Part shown: piece by piece, positions 24,530 through 37,489 of the stretch
How the letters are laid out: each line of letters begins with the position of its first letter
Numbering within the stretch: the stretch's first letter is position 1
Program-made: the position numbers and the translations under genes
From: Calcarisporiella thermophila CBS 279.70
Taxonomy: Eukaryota; Fungi; Calcarisporiellomycota
DNA: 64,000 nt
Direction of reading: 5' to 3'
Assembly (NCBI RefSeq): GCF_041956535.1
Contig: NW_027192225.1
Coordinates: forward strand, 79,307-143,306
Notes under the pieces: generated by a model
Databases searched by the model: none
What the model saw: only the letters and a program-made list of their open reading frames with translations
Told to the model about the DNA's origin: nothing

Positions 24530-27500
24530 CTACACCTCATCCCCATCCAGATTGATCAGGCTGTGCAGGCTCCTTTCAAACTCCACCGGATCGAATTCCA
24601 CTCCACCCATGCTCATATTGAGGCCCATGCCCATGCCTGCCAGCGCGTCTACCGTCATTTGGGCACTCTCCGGTCCACAAGCACCCTCGGCAGAGGAGGC
24701 CGAGAGCGAGGACGGGTTCGTGGTGAATGCGTCCATAAGCTGCGCAAAATGGTCGCTTGCGTTGGGGGAGAGGGCAAACTTCTGCGCGAGGTCGTTCTGC
24801 GGTTGGGTGCATTGAGCAGGGGGCTGAGCTTCCGCGAGATGCGGGGTGGGCAAACGGCTGCTGGAGCTGAAAAAGTCAAAGCGTTAATGCGCGCCACGGG
24901 ACAATACAAGGGTCGCTAAAAAAGTTACCTGTTCTCTTGATCCTCCACCAGCGAAGGGACATCGCGCTCCTGCCACGGAGTCGTCAGACCCAGGCAGTTC
25001 GCAAGCGACAGGGCGAGGTTGTCATCGAAGGGGAGTGACAAGTCAAAGCCCCCGCCTCCACCTCCGACCTGGGTCGCATTTGCACCACTCTCGCCAGGCG
25101 CCCCACTCAATCGACTCGAGTCAGCCGAGGCCGACACGGCCGAAGTAGAAAGGGACGCGTCCTCCCCGGCGCCATCCTCCTTGATATCCGCGTCCTCAAA
25201 CTCCCACGGCATCGGCGATGAAGTCAGCATCGTGGTGCTTGCGCCTGTGTACCCGCCCGGCAGGCCTTGCTCGCTGGCAACCTCTTCCCAGTTGGCCACG
25301 AGAGTCTGATGGGGGTTGAGAAGAAATTCCTCGGCGCCCACAGCGCCGGCACCAAAACCAACCGAGTCCGAGAAGGGCTCCTCGTCGAGCATGCCGTCGA
25401 ACAACCGGTCGAGACCCATAGGGGCAAACTCGCTGCCACTGCTCTCGCCGCTCTCCTCCAACTCGTTTTCCTCCACCTTTCTCGGGTAGCGCTGTGTCTG
25501 CTTGGCTTTTGTGTGCAGTTTGTGACGCAGCTGCGACTGCAGCACCTTCTCCTGCAGCTGCTGGTGCTTCCGCTTGGGCTGGCCACACGCGGCCGCGGCG
25601 GTGGAGGTCGAAAGGACGGCCAGAGTGGAATCGCCGGTGCATCTAGGGCAGTAGTAGTCTCCCCGCAGCTCCTGCTTCGTCTTGCTTACGCACTCCAGGT
25701 GCAGCCATGCCATGCAGCGGTCGCACTGGACCATGTCGCCCTCATCCTCCTGTGCGCCACAGATGCAGTCGATGACCCAGTCTCGATCGCCTCGCCTCCT
25801 TCCAGGTTGTGACTGGCGCTCGATGCGCTTCCTCTTTCTCCCGGGTCTCCCGGCACCACCCTGCGCCTCTGCGTCCCTCGCGCTCTCGCCTCGGGCTCTT
25901 CTTTCCGCGTGCACGTGGGCAATACCCTGAGTGGTGGGCTTCACAATGGGGCTGGACATCTCCACTCCGCTTCCGCTTCCGGGCCCACCGAAGAGCTCGC
26001 GCGTGGCGGTCTCCGCCTTCGCCTGAGAGAGAACGGTGCATCGCTCTTGGTGATACGCCAGCCCATTGCGGTTTTTGTACGTCTTCTTGCACCACGCACA
26101 CACATAGGGCCGCTCCCCGTCCTCGCGTTTACGTTGCGGTTGCGAGGCTTTGCGTGCCAGCTGCTGCGAGGCGGAGGCCTCGCCGCTCTTGCGGTCATGG
26201 GCGAATCGTGCGATGAAAGGTTGGCCAAGGGTGGGAGGGAGGAGGGAGCCTGCCAGCGAGGCTGGGCGCTGAAGAGGGTGTCGCACTGTGGTGCTGAGGG
26301 AGGATGAGCCGCCGCCGCTGCTCAGGGTATGGCGCGGAGGCGTTGGATCCAGAAGCCTGTGGTTGACGGAGATGTGCCATTTTTGCGCAACACGCCCGGC
26401 TACCATGCCCTTATTATTTCCGATTTTACCGCCCCATCCGATGCATTTGGGGGCGCGCGGTGCCATCTTGAAGGGCCCCTCTTCCGATGCGCTCCCACTT
26501 GAAGAGCCGGCGGAGGAGGCGGAGGGAGCGGAGGAGACCGGGGTGAGGGCGGACAACGAAGCCATGCGTTCACGCATGACTTTCTCCTTTGCCTCGAGCA
26601 ATCGCTGCTTCAGCAAGAGGCCGAGGGGGAGGTTGATTTTCTGCTCGTTTTTGTTGTCTTCGGCAAAGAGCTCGAGGGTGGTCTTGTCGAGCCGAAGCTT
26701 GGCGTGGGCGGGCCGACTCGAGCGATGAACAGGCGAGACCTTGGAGGGGGAGGAGGAGGAGGCGGGGAGGCCGATTCGCACGGGAGTTGGCGTGACGGTG
26801 GTGCGGAAGCGGCTGCTTGTGCTTGCGTGGCGCCGGGGGGTGAGAAAGAAGGGCTTCGGGTAGGCCTGATGGGGCTGCTGATGCTGGTGATGCTGCGGCT
26901 GTGATTGCGATTTGATGTGGAGGGGCTGCGACTGGAAGTGGAGCTGGAACTGGGGAGCGGCCGGGGGCTGCTCCAGCGAAGCAGAGGATTTTCTTGAGGT
27001 GGGGGATGGGGTTGTGGGGGAGGAGCCGCGCCCAGCGCGATGTCTGGGTGTTGAGGGTTGGTGGTGTTTCTTTCTGGATGCCCGCTGCACGTCCTCCGCC
27101 TTTTCCGCACCCGCGAACTGATCCATTTCGTCGCTCCCGGACGCGGGCCGCGTGCCCAGCCCCATGCCTTCTCGCAGTTTTGCCGATGGAATCCGCTTGT
27201 GAGGCGGTCGCAGCACCATCTTGCTTAGAGCTGCCCCATTGTCTCTGCAGTCAAACAGCGACTCGGCGGTCGGCATTGGGCCACCGGCCATTCCCTCCTC
27301 AATGTTCTCCTTGCTTACATCGGAGCGTGTCAGCGGGGGTCTGGCGGGGGCAAGCGGCTTCAGTCGGGGCTCTCCTCCCTGATCAGCGGCCGCCCATTTA
27401 TTGCTCCGCCGCGTGTACTTGCGCTTCTTAGTGAGGGTATCTGGTGCTGCGGCTGATGTCAACATGGCCATGTCACTGGGTTTGCCTTCTAGCGGATCGG

Positions 27501-27977
27501 AAGCGGCATGGTCGTCGGCGGGGCGGCCACGCTTTTTTCGCTGCACGAGGGCCGCGGTGTTGGAAGCAGAATTGAGCCAGCTAGAATCGGAAAGGGCCCC
27601 CTGCTGCTGTGTTGGCAGCTGTTGTTGTGTTTGCTGAGATGGCATGGCTGAGTCAACCGGAGTCACGTCCACATTTAGGAGCTGTTGACGATTAGCAAAA
27701 TGGCCACGCACTGGCGATGACAGGGTGCTGTGTGAGATGGATTTGGATGGGAAGGAAAGAATGTTTTGTTTAGTTTATGGCAAGGGCGCGGAGAGGATGA
27801 CGATGCCACCCAAGCATAGACAAAGCAACACAGAAAATCTTGAGTTTACCTTGGACGTTCCACACGCGTTCGATTAGCTCGGGGCGATAATGGGACCGGA
27901 TGTTTGGGGATGAAGAGACCGAAAGGAGTGGGTTTGCCCGGCTTTCGTGGACTGGGTGGTTTGATAAAGCCATCCAT
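24530..27977 (-). CDS. Nuclear protein with AT-hook-like motif, Sfp1-type C2H2 finger and PHD finger (3 exons)
   Basis: Exon 1 (27977-27850) splices in phase 2 into the 928-aa ORF. KKRGRP; PYVCAWCKKTYKNRNGLAYHQERC; CICG...MVQCDRCMAWLHLECV...YYCPRC; acidic C-terminus. Confidence 0.8.
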
Positions 27978-29797
27978 GGCCAGGCGTTGAGTAGATAAGC
28001 ACGAGTAGATAGGGCTGGGGGGGGAGGGGAATAGTTTATTGTGTATTTATGTATAGCGCCAAGGGGGATTAGAGGATATTAATTACTGGGACAGTTCTAA
28101 TGGGCACCAATGAATGGCTGGCAAAAGAACGAGCAGCGCAACTAATATGCTGGCACGAAAAAAAAACGGATGGAAATGAGGAGGAAAGGTGCAGGGCAAG
28201 GAACAAGAAAAAAAAATCCGAAAATTTCTTGCTTTCAAGACGGCAGCCGCGTTTCTCTTTCTTTAGCCAGCCCAAAAAAGAGAAATTGCGGATGACGTCG
28301 ACGCATGCACTCTGTTTCAAAAAAATTGCGTGTCGCGGGTGCCCAATTTCAGTCCATGCAGATCTTAAATTGTATTAAGGCCCAAATAGAAAAAGCCAAC
28401 CTCGACATGAACCTTAACAGGCCCCTCAGCCGCCCAGCCGCCTCCTTCTCTCCCACAGAGGCCGTGGGCCGATCCAAGCACATCCTCGTGCAGGCCTCCT
28501 CGCATCTCCCCTAGCCTATGCCCTCCTCCCCGCAACGCAGCTCTACACGTCTCCCTCTGCCCTCGCCCTCTCGACGGGGGGGCGCTTTCCCACCCTCGCT
28601 TTATTAGGCGTAGGCTTCTCCCCACGCCCTCGCCTGTATATTCAATAGTCGGGTTGAGGGCCGGCCAGCTCATTGGCAGAAATCGGACCGTGCTGTGGCC
28701 CAGCTCCACCGTGTGCGCGTGGAGAGATCGGGCCGGTTCCCATGCGGCCCCCTTATAAATCGGCCCTTCCTAGAGCGGCCGTGGACGGGCCACAAGTGGC
28801 CTGAACCGAGGGGGAGGGGGGAGGAGAGGGCGTCCCCTCTCTTCCTTTTTTTGCGAGTGAATCTTCCACGGAGAGCCTAAGCTTTGCGACGTGCACATTA
28901 GAATTTCTTGTATTCAAATCCTCTTGGCCACTCACACCGGGCAGGCTGGGGATACGAATCCAAACACAATCTCATCTCTCTGCTTTGTCGGGGAGCGCAA
29001 TAGAGTTCCCCTGACAAATGGCGCGAGCCACGTAGTTATTCGGGCTGTATAGCTCGTCCCGGCCTCAGCGTCTCGTTTAAACAATCAACCCTCCTCTTCA
29101 CTAACATTCGAATTCAAGAAGAGTCTGGGCCATGCCCCTCGGTACTTGAGGGCGGTCCACAGCCCTCGGGGCCACACAGGCCCGGAAACCTGCTTCCAGC
29201 AGTTAGCTGTAGAGATTAGTCAGAGGCCTCTCACACACTCTCCCCCCTCCCGCATTCTCGACCGGAATCCCGCCCTAGCGCCGGATGCTTTTTGCATATA
29301 TTTCATCTTATGCCCTTATTAAGCCAAACAGAAAACAAGGGTGACGTGCACGCCAGGGAAATTTCACGGGGTTTCAGAAGCGTCGGAATGGTTTGAGAGG
29401 GGGGGATGCCAGTCGCGAGTTTCCTTTCCAGGGGGTGATCTGCGGAGTTTTTTTTTTTTGGGGGGGGGGGGTGAGTGCTGGATTTAGTTTAATGGCCTAG
29501 AAGAGAAAATGAAAACCCAATCTATTCTAGGACCAATGTCGTGCGAGGACCCGCCAGGCCATTCCGGCTATCCGTGAATGAGGAAATATATATATTTTTT
29601 AGATATTACTATTAATTATTGACGGAGATGAAAATAGAGAAGCCATTAATAAAGGAAAGAAAAAATAGAACTCATGGTAATAGGCACGAACCCTAGTGCG
29701 GTTATACAAATGACAAAGAGAGGAAGACAAAAGAAAAAGAGAAAAAGAGGAGAGAGAAAAAAAAAGAGAGAGTCAATGGCACCAAAACAGTGTTCCT

Positions 29798-31645
29798 TCA
29801 TGCTTTTTCTGGCCCATTGCACGCGCTGCGGTAGGCCTCCGTCTTGACAAACTTGGGCACGGAGTCTGTGCTTAGCAGATACTCGATATGCTCGCGCACC
29901 GTTGCATAGAGCTTGGCAATGGTGTCGATGATGGCGGGGGTGACGTGGTCGAGGGAGGTGGCGGTGGAGGCGGCGGGGGAGGAGGAGGAGTTGGTGGTGG
30001 CGGAGGAGGAGGAGGAGGAGGTGGTGGTGGTGGTAGTGGTGGTCGTGGTCGTGGTGGTCGCGGTCACGGCGGTGGTGCCCGCACTACCGTTGGCCGAGGC
30101 TGGGGTGCTGGTGCCGCCGTTGGCGGGAGAGGGGGAGGCGGAGGAGCTCGTGGAGGCAAGCCCGACATTGGTCATGTACTGGATCATCTCCTGTCGGAGC
30201 GCGTGGTCGATGTTGATTTCGGAGGGGGAGCCGGGGGCAAGATAGGTGGAGTAGATGGCGAACGCCAGCCCCACGGACTCCTTGTGGGACCCCGTTCCGT
30301 ACGCGCGGGCAAACTCCTGGTACTCCGCCCAGAACGCCAGGTTCTCCTCGCAGAAGTTCGCCTTGAGGAACTCGCGGAAGAGGGGGAGCAGGTGTTTGTG
30401 GGACAGGATCTGCTGCAGGCGGGCCGAGTTGGACTCCTTGGAGTCGAGGTGCAAGTCGAGGAAGCTCTGGCCGCTCGACACGGTGCGCGACCGCGACCGC
30501 GACCGTGGCGTATACGAGAGCATCTCCTTCAGCCCCACCACGTCCGCCGCGGACATGGACGTGTCGGCATTCCTCGGGATTTTGGCGGAGAGCGGGCGCG
30601 GGGGCCTGTCGCGCTCCCGCCGGCCGCCCTTCTCCTCGAGGGCCCAGCCGGCGATCCGCTCGCCGTCCTCCGTCAGGCGGTAGATCACGCCCTTGTTCGG
30701 CTGGATCTCCTTCTCCTCCCCCGTCTGCTTCTCCGTCTTGTCCACGATCTCCTCGATCAGGTTGAGCCGCATGAACTCCTGCCCGATGCGCATCGCCTCC
30801 TGCCGCGACACGACGGTGGTGAACTCGCACAGCCAGTCCAGGGCCGCGAGGCCATGAAACGTGTTGCGATACAGGGTGAAGAAGAGCTGGCGGTCCTTGA
30901 CCTCGACCCCCAGCGAGCGGTTGACCTCCCCCGAGGCAATCGAGGAGGTCTCCGCGTCGTCCGACATCGCGTTGTTGGGCTTTTCCCCCGCGAACCGCTT
31001 GAACACCGACCGCGTCAGGTCGGGGGTCATCAGCAGCGTGTCGTCATCGGGGCGCCGCTCAAGCACCATCACCTTGATGGGGGTGATCAGCCCGAGCAGC
31101 GCCTGGAGATGGGCGGCGGCCAGATTGTTCTTGTTGATGAAGCGCTCCAGGAGGCTGGCGCCCTTGGCGGTCAGCCCGAAGAGCGCCTTGTCCTTGAAGG
31201 ACCGGTTGCCCTTGTCGGCCGCATTCTCCATCAGATAGGCGTCCAGGAAATGCTGGCATAGGCTCCGCGCCATGTCTTTCGTCATGCTGAACGTGGTGGT
31301 GACCGTGGTGGTGACTATGCGGGTCGGGTCCTTTGGGTCGGGCGCGCGGTTCGTCTGCGAGAAGCGTAATGACCGCAGGTTGGTGATGGCCTGTTCGGCA
31401 GTAAAGGTGTTTGAATAGGTGCGGAAATTCCGGCGATTCGTTTCCATGGGCAGCGAGACAACGAGGGTGGCGAATAAGTCATGGATGTCCTAAAGGGATG
31501 GGAAGGAGAGAGAGGAAGGAAGGGGAGGGGAGGGTGTCACAGATTATGATTCGAAGGGCAGAGAGGTGTCGGAGATGGGCCATACCTTGACAAAGGGGCG
31601 ACCAGATTTGGTGGTCTTCATGGTTGTGCTGTTGTGAGATTGCAT
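29798..31645 (-). CDS. flbA: Regulator of G-protein signalling, FlbA/Sst2 type (DEP domains + RGS), 2 exons
   Basis: GRPFVK|DIHDLFATLVVSL; NLRSLRFSQTNRAPDPKDPTRIVTTTVTTTFSM; RGS LFREFLKANFCEENLAFW, YLAPGSPSEINID, DSVPKF. Confidence 0.92.
29955..30075. repeat. Trinucleotide (GGT/GGA) low-complexity tract encoding poly-Thr/poly-Ser inside the RGS domain
   Basis: ggaggaggag...gtggtggtggtggtagtggtggtcgtggtc seen directly. Confidence 0.8.
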
Positions 31646-33250
31646 CTATGGGGTGGTAGGGGTGGAGTGGAAGGATATCCACTGTATGTTCAGCGCGGCT
31701 GTCTTGGGATAATCCCGAGAAAAAAGAAATGAGAGGGACTTGAAGGAAAATGATGGAACAGAATAGAATAAACTAAAGCAGAGATGAAGAGAACAGCGCT
31801 CTCTAGTTGTTGCGCTCAGAGCATGTGAGAAAAGGGAGAGAGGGAGGGGGGGAGAAAGAATGGGATGGTTGAAGAGAGCGCGGAAATGCAAGGATGGAGA
31901 TGCAGGGAGTATTTAGATGATGGAGGGAAGGGGAGGAGGGGGGAGCGACAAATATTATGACGGAAGCTGAGGAGAAACGAGAACACGAAAGACTACCTGT
32001 TTCTTTTTGCAAAGGATTTAAAGTTGTCCTGTGTACGGACGTTTTTAATTATCTCTTAATTTGGCGAGGAATCTTCGTTTACATTTTGAAAACACATCAA
32101 CAAAGATCGAGGCCCCTCCTTGCAAAGAGCCGTGACAGCTTTTCCGGCCCCACCTGTCAAGCGGCAACGCTAAAATCCCCGCAAAGGGCCGCATTCCTGA
32201 GGCCCTCGCTCCCTAGCCGCACGATAGGCCGAGGCTCGAGGCGACCTGCCGACTCATGCTTCTCTTCTTGCCCCAAGAGAGAAATGCATGAAATCTCTTG
32301 CTTAATTGCTCAGAAACCAACCAAGGCGCTAATGGCTGAATCCCTGCTGACGAAAGCGATGACCTCATTCTCGGGGGAGTCCCTGCCATGGGCAAATCCA
32401 CCCCCGCTTCTATTCCCCTTTCCAGTCAGCGACGAATCCCTTCGCGTATACGTGGTCGCCGTCCGCGACCGCTGGCAAAGGGCAATGGCCGTCTAAGCAG
32501 AGCAATGCTAGTCCGCCTTCTTATTACGACAGACTCTCCTCTGAAGAGCACGGCGGGGTCTGGTGACCGCTATCTAGTTGTTGTTGTCAAGATCCGGCCG
32601 GGAGCCCCGCCCATACTATCCGGATCCCGAGTTAGGAATGCAGGCCAGGATGGCTTGTGGCGCAGCCAGTTGGGCTCATGAGACCGAGAAGCATTGACAG
32701 TCCGCAAACCCGTTGAAATCGGAGTGGATCTTGCCAGTGCACATCCTAGATGCCGCTGTGCAAATCGGTTCATTGGTGCCACCCTGCCTACTGTTTAGAA
32801 TCCATTTCCCGCTGCTTTCAAGCCAGAGCCATTAAGGTTGATTCTAGCCTGGAAAGCAATGCCGGCTGGAGCGGTGGGGGCCGTGGGCGTGGCTTTTTGC
32901 AAAGTTCGATGCCTTTTTAGGGTTTGTTAGCCAGGGCGGGCGATTTGTTAGCTGGCGTGCACAGAGAAGCCAAAGGTCAGCTCACAACGGGTTCTCTGTT
33001 ATCCGAAACTAAGCGCTCACAAAAATCTTTGTTTGTGCGTTTCAAGGCCCTTTTTCTCCCCCCGACCATTACCCGCTACGAGGAATGAACCATTGGAATC
33101 GGCCCATCTGAACTGCCGTTGTTGATCAACTCTGCCCTTGCCTTTGCTCCTTGCTCCCCTTTCCCTGCCCTCATCGCCTCTCCTCTCTTTTCTTCCTCCG
33201 CTTCTCGCGACCGTCTCCCCCCTCCCTTTCCGCTCTTTCATACTCATCTA

Positions 33251-35067
33251 ATGCATAGCTCGATACCCCAACTATCACCCAAGACATCCCCGAGTCAGAG
33301 CGCATCCCTGCTCTGGTCTCCCGTCACCCCCTCATCTCCTTCTTGGAACCCTGCCGCCCTCTCCCCGCGCTCGCCCCTCGCACTCCGAAGCCCCGTGCTC
33401 CCTTTGCATTCTCCCCGAGGCCATCGGCGGAAACCGTCCAATCCTCCCGAGACAGCCCCATGGCGATTAAGACGGCCAACCATATTCCAGTGCTTTGTCC
33501 TATTTATGTTATTCGCGGCGGGTCTCTACATCCTCAATGTCGGGCCGCTGTTTGCTACCAAGGATATAGAGCAGCTGTTCCGCATCAAGGAGCAGAGCGT
33601 GGATTCGGAGGCTGCGCCAAATGAGGTTGACTTGCGGACCTGCGGCACATCGCCGTGCCGGTTCCTTTTCCCCATGTGGATAGGGGAGGGCGAGTCGAAG
33701 GCGCAGATCCACTTCCAACAGATTGCATTGCTTGCTGGCCAGCTCAACCGCACCATTGTTCTCCCCAATGCCTCACGTGGCCGCCTGGGAGCCTGCCAGA
33801 AGTTCCCATTCTCCCACTACTTCACCAACGAGACCCTCGTGCAGCTCAAGGAGCATTTTCGATTCATCTCGTACGAGGCGTTCGAGGCCTGGGTCCAGGA
33901 ACGCGCCCCAAGTCCGACCGCCCAGTTCGTCTTCATTGAGCGCGAGAGCTCGAGCCTGTTCTCCTCCTGGTTCCCGCCCGCCATCCCGAGCCTCGACACG
34001 CTCCTGAGCCAGTACTGTGTGAAGTCTCTTCGGCTGCGGCACAACATCTTCCGGAATTTCCGCTTCTTCGCCCCGAGCCCCAAGCAGCGGACGGAAGCCG
34101 AGATCGACGAGGTGCGCGCAAATCTGATCGACCGCCTGACGCAGCAGCGCCCCATCTTCTCGATGGCCCATCCGTTCTACCGCGCTTCCCCAGACGTCAT
34201 GCTGGTGCGCTATGACTTGAGGCATCCATTGTTTGATGTTCCGGTGGCCGGCCCACCCCTCAACTATGACCACCGGTGGTTTGAAGAGGCAGCAAGTCTA
34301 GCGCGAACGTTGAGGCCCTTCATTGCAGTCCATTGGCGTATGTATCTTCTTTTGTTTCTTTAAGGACATCCCCCCCCTCCCCCCCGCCCCCTGTAGAAGA
34401 AAATTTCTCGTCCTCTCCGGGGTGGGATGCATCCCGCTTTGCCGTGGGATTGCATTCTAATTGTGTTGTGTGCAATGCATTAGGGATGGAGACGATGGAC
34501 CCGTCGGTGCTTCCCACCTGTGCCCATCGCCTGGCCGCGTACCTTCGAGATCTCAAAACACGGTTTGGAATGGAAAACGTGTATCTAGCCACAGACTATC
34601 CCCTCGAAGGCCGATATTCTCACTCGTCCACCTGGCATCTGGACCAGATGGCGCCCGACCATCACCGAGCCATTCGCGAGTTGAAGAGCGAGGTGGATCT
34701 GGTTTCGTGGATGACCATGTACGATGCAAAAACCCGGATGAAGGGCGCCGAAAAGGCGGCGGTGATCCAGGAGGCTATTCAGTCTCTGCGCAAGGCCGAG
34801 TGGCCGTTAGACGAAAGTCAAGGGCACGTCAAGAAGGGTCCGAAAAAGGATCTTACGGACGACCAGTTCGACCCCGGTCTCCTCGGCATCCTTGACAAGC
34901 TCGTGGCGACCCAGGCCGAATATTTCGTGACGGGCGCGGTGGATTGTGCAAAGGCGTCCAGCTTCACGGCGCAAATCGCAAGAGAGCGGGGGTTGAGGCT
35001 GCATTCCGAGATGGCGCTCTTGCCGGAGGAGGGCCGAGTGCTGAAGAATATCCAGGATTATTGGTAG
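33251..35067 (+). CDS. Type II membrane O-fucosyltransferase-like glycosyltransferase (GT-B, POFUT/GT68-like), 2 exons
   Basis: TM IFQCFVLFMLFAAGLYIL; IGEGESKAQIH..QIALLAGQLNRTIVLPN; FIAVHWR|MET; VYLATDYP; GILDKLVA...F..G...SSFT. Confidence 0.75.
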
Positions 35068-35419
35068 CATGATGTAGAAGCCATACGTTGGTTGTTGTTC
35101 TTGGTGGATTGACATGCTTTTTCATACTTGATCTTATTTGCTTATTTATTTATTTATTTTACTTTATTTTATTTACCCTTATATTGGTGCCTCTCCCTCC
35201 CTAATTCACATCTATTCCTTGTATAAAGTCGATCCCAGAGAATGGACCCTTTTATTTTCCCATACGCCCTTGAATATGAGCTCAAACATCAGCAGGAGAA
35301 GGCGAAATGTGCTTCCATAAGTCAGGTCTTGATTTCTAGTCACCTGATAGAGAGTCTTTAAAATTGAGTGGTCACCGATTTCTACCCGTTTCCCAACGGC
35401 TGGGAAGCTTTTCTTCACC

Positions 35420-36334
35420 ATGGAGTCCGATACGACAATAGAGCCTCTTTCGCTCACGGACAAGCTCAATCGCGAGACGCGTGCGATCCACGCACGGACC
35501 CACCATCTGATCGCCCTCAAGCTCGTGGCTGCCCTCACCGATCCGCGGATCTATCGCCAGCCCCTCCGCGACTTCTATTTTCTTTTCCGGATTATCGAGG
35601 AGGAATGGAGGACCCGAATGAAGACATGCGCTGTTCTGAAAGAGGCCTACATCGAGGACTTGATGAACAGGCGAAAGGCATTTGAGCGCGACTTGCGTGC
35701 CTATTACGGGAGGGGATGGAAGGATGTGAAGATCACCCCGAGGATGCTCGACTACACGGTGAGTTTGTAAACCCTGGAGTGGCCGTCATGAGGGGATGGA
35801 GACTAACTCGTATTTTTATGTTGCCCTTGCTTCCTTGCCCTCCGTGTCTCGCCAGAACCATGTGAGGTACATCGGCGCTTATTCTCCCGAGTTATTGCTG
35901 GCCTACGGGTAAGTACGAGCACGGGTAGTTTCTCCTGCTTGACTGAGAGTGATCCACAATCTCTGGCTGCCAATAGCTTTACCATGTATGGTGCCCTCAT
36001 TTCGGGAGGACAAACCATCCGCAGCAAGGTCCTGGCCCGCAAGCTCTTCCCCAGCAACGGAACCAACATATTTGTGTTCCAGGATGCGCAGGGGGCGGAA
36101 ATCGATACCAAAGTTCTTCGCCAACAACTGCACGACAAATTCAATCGCCTGGAGCTGAGCGAGGAAGTGAGGGAGCGCTTGGTGGAGGAGGCGAAGGAGA
36201 TATTCCGAAGGAACATAGAGGTGGTGGAGGATATTAGTGGGGTGGAGTACTCGGTTGCGAGATGGGTGCTACTGGCAGTGTTGCTAGTGGTGCTGCTGAG
36301 ATTGGGGTGGAAGGCGGTGGGCTATGTGTTGTAA
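35420..36334 (+). CDS. Heme oxygenase (Hmx1-like) with C-terminal membrane anchor, 3 exons
   Basis: LNRETRAIH (proximal His), RRKAFERDLRAYYG, spliced LLLAYGFTMYGALISGGQ, EEAKEIFRRN, hydrophobic tail. Confidence 0.85.
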
Positions 36335-36559
36335 TATGCTGCTTCTATCGTATGCTTCTCGGTTCCTCTAGGCTAACTCGCTTGTTTTTTGGATGTTTTT
36401 TTTTTCCTCTTGCCAGTCTATAAGGGTGCTCATTCTGAGCCATCTGCTTTCTCATCCTATTTCATTTGTGTTGTTTAGATAGCTCTTTTTATTTATATCC
36501 ATGATCGGTATAAAGGGCGTTGCCATCCTAGCCGACTCTTTCTAATCATCCTAGAATGC

Positions 36560-36579
36560 GTGACTGCTTTGTGACGTCA
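36560..36579. promoter_or_regulatory. Homol-D-like box (GTGACTG) and CRE palindrome (TGACGTCA) upstream of RPL32
   Basis: GTGACTG at 36560-36566 and TGACGTCA at 36572-36579, just upstream of a pyrimidine-rich putative transcription start. Confidence 0.4.
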
Positions 36580-37018
36580 GTCGGCCTCTCCCAAAAAAAA
36601 ATTCGAGGTTGCTAAAATGTCTTTCCCTCTCCCTCCCTATTTCTTTCTATCGAAGAAAACTTCGTGTCGGTTATCCATCCATCCGGCGAGTTTATTAGTC
36701 TGAAAAAAAAAGGTATCTATTTACATCCATCCATGATGCAGTCGTAGCAACAGTGACCGTGGTGGGTGCTTTTTATTGTGGCCCAGTCCGCTTCTTGGAG
36801 AGAGGAGGGGAATGGAGGGTGAATGGGTGATTTTGGAATGGGCCCCATCAAGAGGGAGCACATTGGAATGCTGGAGTCTGGGAGAATGAGGGGAATTGGG
36901 CACTAGCTACGACTCCATGGGAGAGATGCCGACCTGTTTTCTACCGCGATGATACATCGATTTATTCCACCGATCAGCTAGATCTAACTGTTTTTTATTT
37001 TTCATCTGACTAGAAATA

Positions 37019-37489
37019 ATGGTGTCCCCGGTTGCGAAGCATTCCATCGTCAAGAAGCGCACCAAGCCCTTCAAGCGCCACCAGTCTGACCGCTACAAGT
37101 CCGTCAAGGTAGGAGAGAATGAACTCGTTGTAACCTCCATGCATCACACTCACCGTGGTCCATTTTTGCCTTCTCGCTTTTAGGAGTCATGGCGCAAACC
37201 CAAGGGTATTGACAACCGTGTCCGTCGTCGCTTCAAGGGCCAAATCCCCATGCCCTCGATCGGTTACGGATCCAACCGCAAGACCCGCCACATGCTCCCC
37301 AATGGATTCAAGAAGTTCGTCGTCTCCAACGTGAAGGAGCTTGACCTCTTGTTGATGCACAACCGCACCTTTGCCGCCGAGATCGCCCACAATGTCAGCG
37401 CAAAGAACCGCGTTGCCATTGTTGAGCGCGCCAAGGAGCTTAATGTGCGCGTCACGAACGCCCATGCTCGCTTGAGGTCTCAGGAATAA
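37019..37489 (+). CDS. RPL32: 60S ribosomal protein L32 (eL32)
   Basis: [21 protein letters not shown]|[31 protein letters not shown]...[13 protein letters not shown]; one coding intron. Confidence 0.98.

Noticed and set aside
29888-31261. 457-aa Gly-rich ORF on + strand
   Set aside because: Antisense shadow of the RGS gene; the poly-Gly mirrors the Thr/Ser microsatellite.
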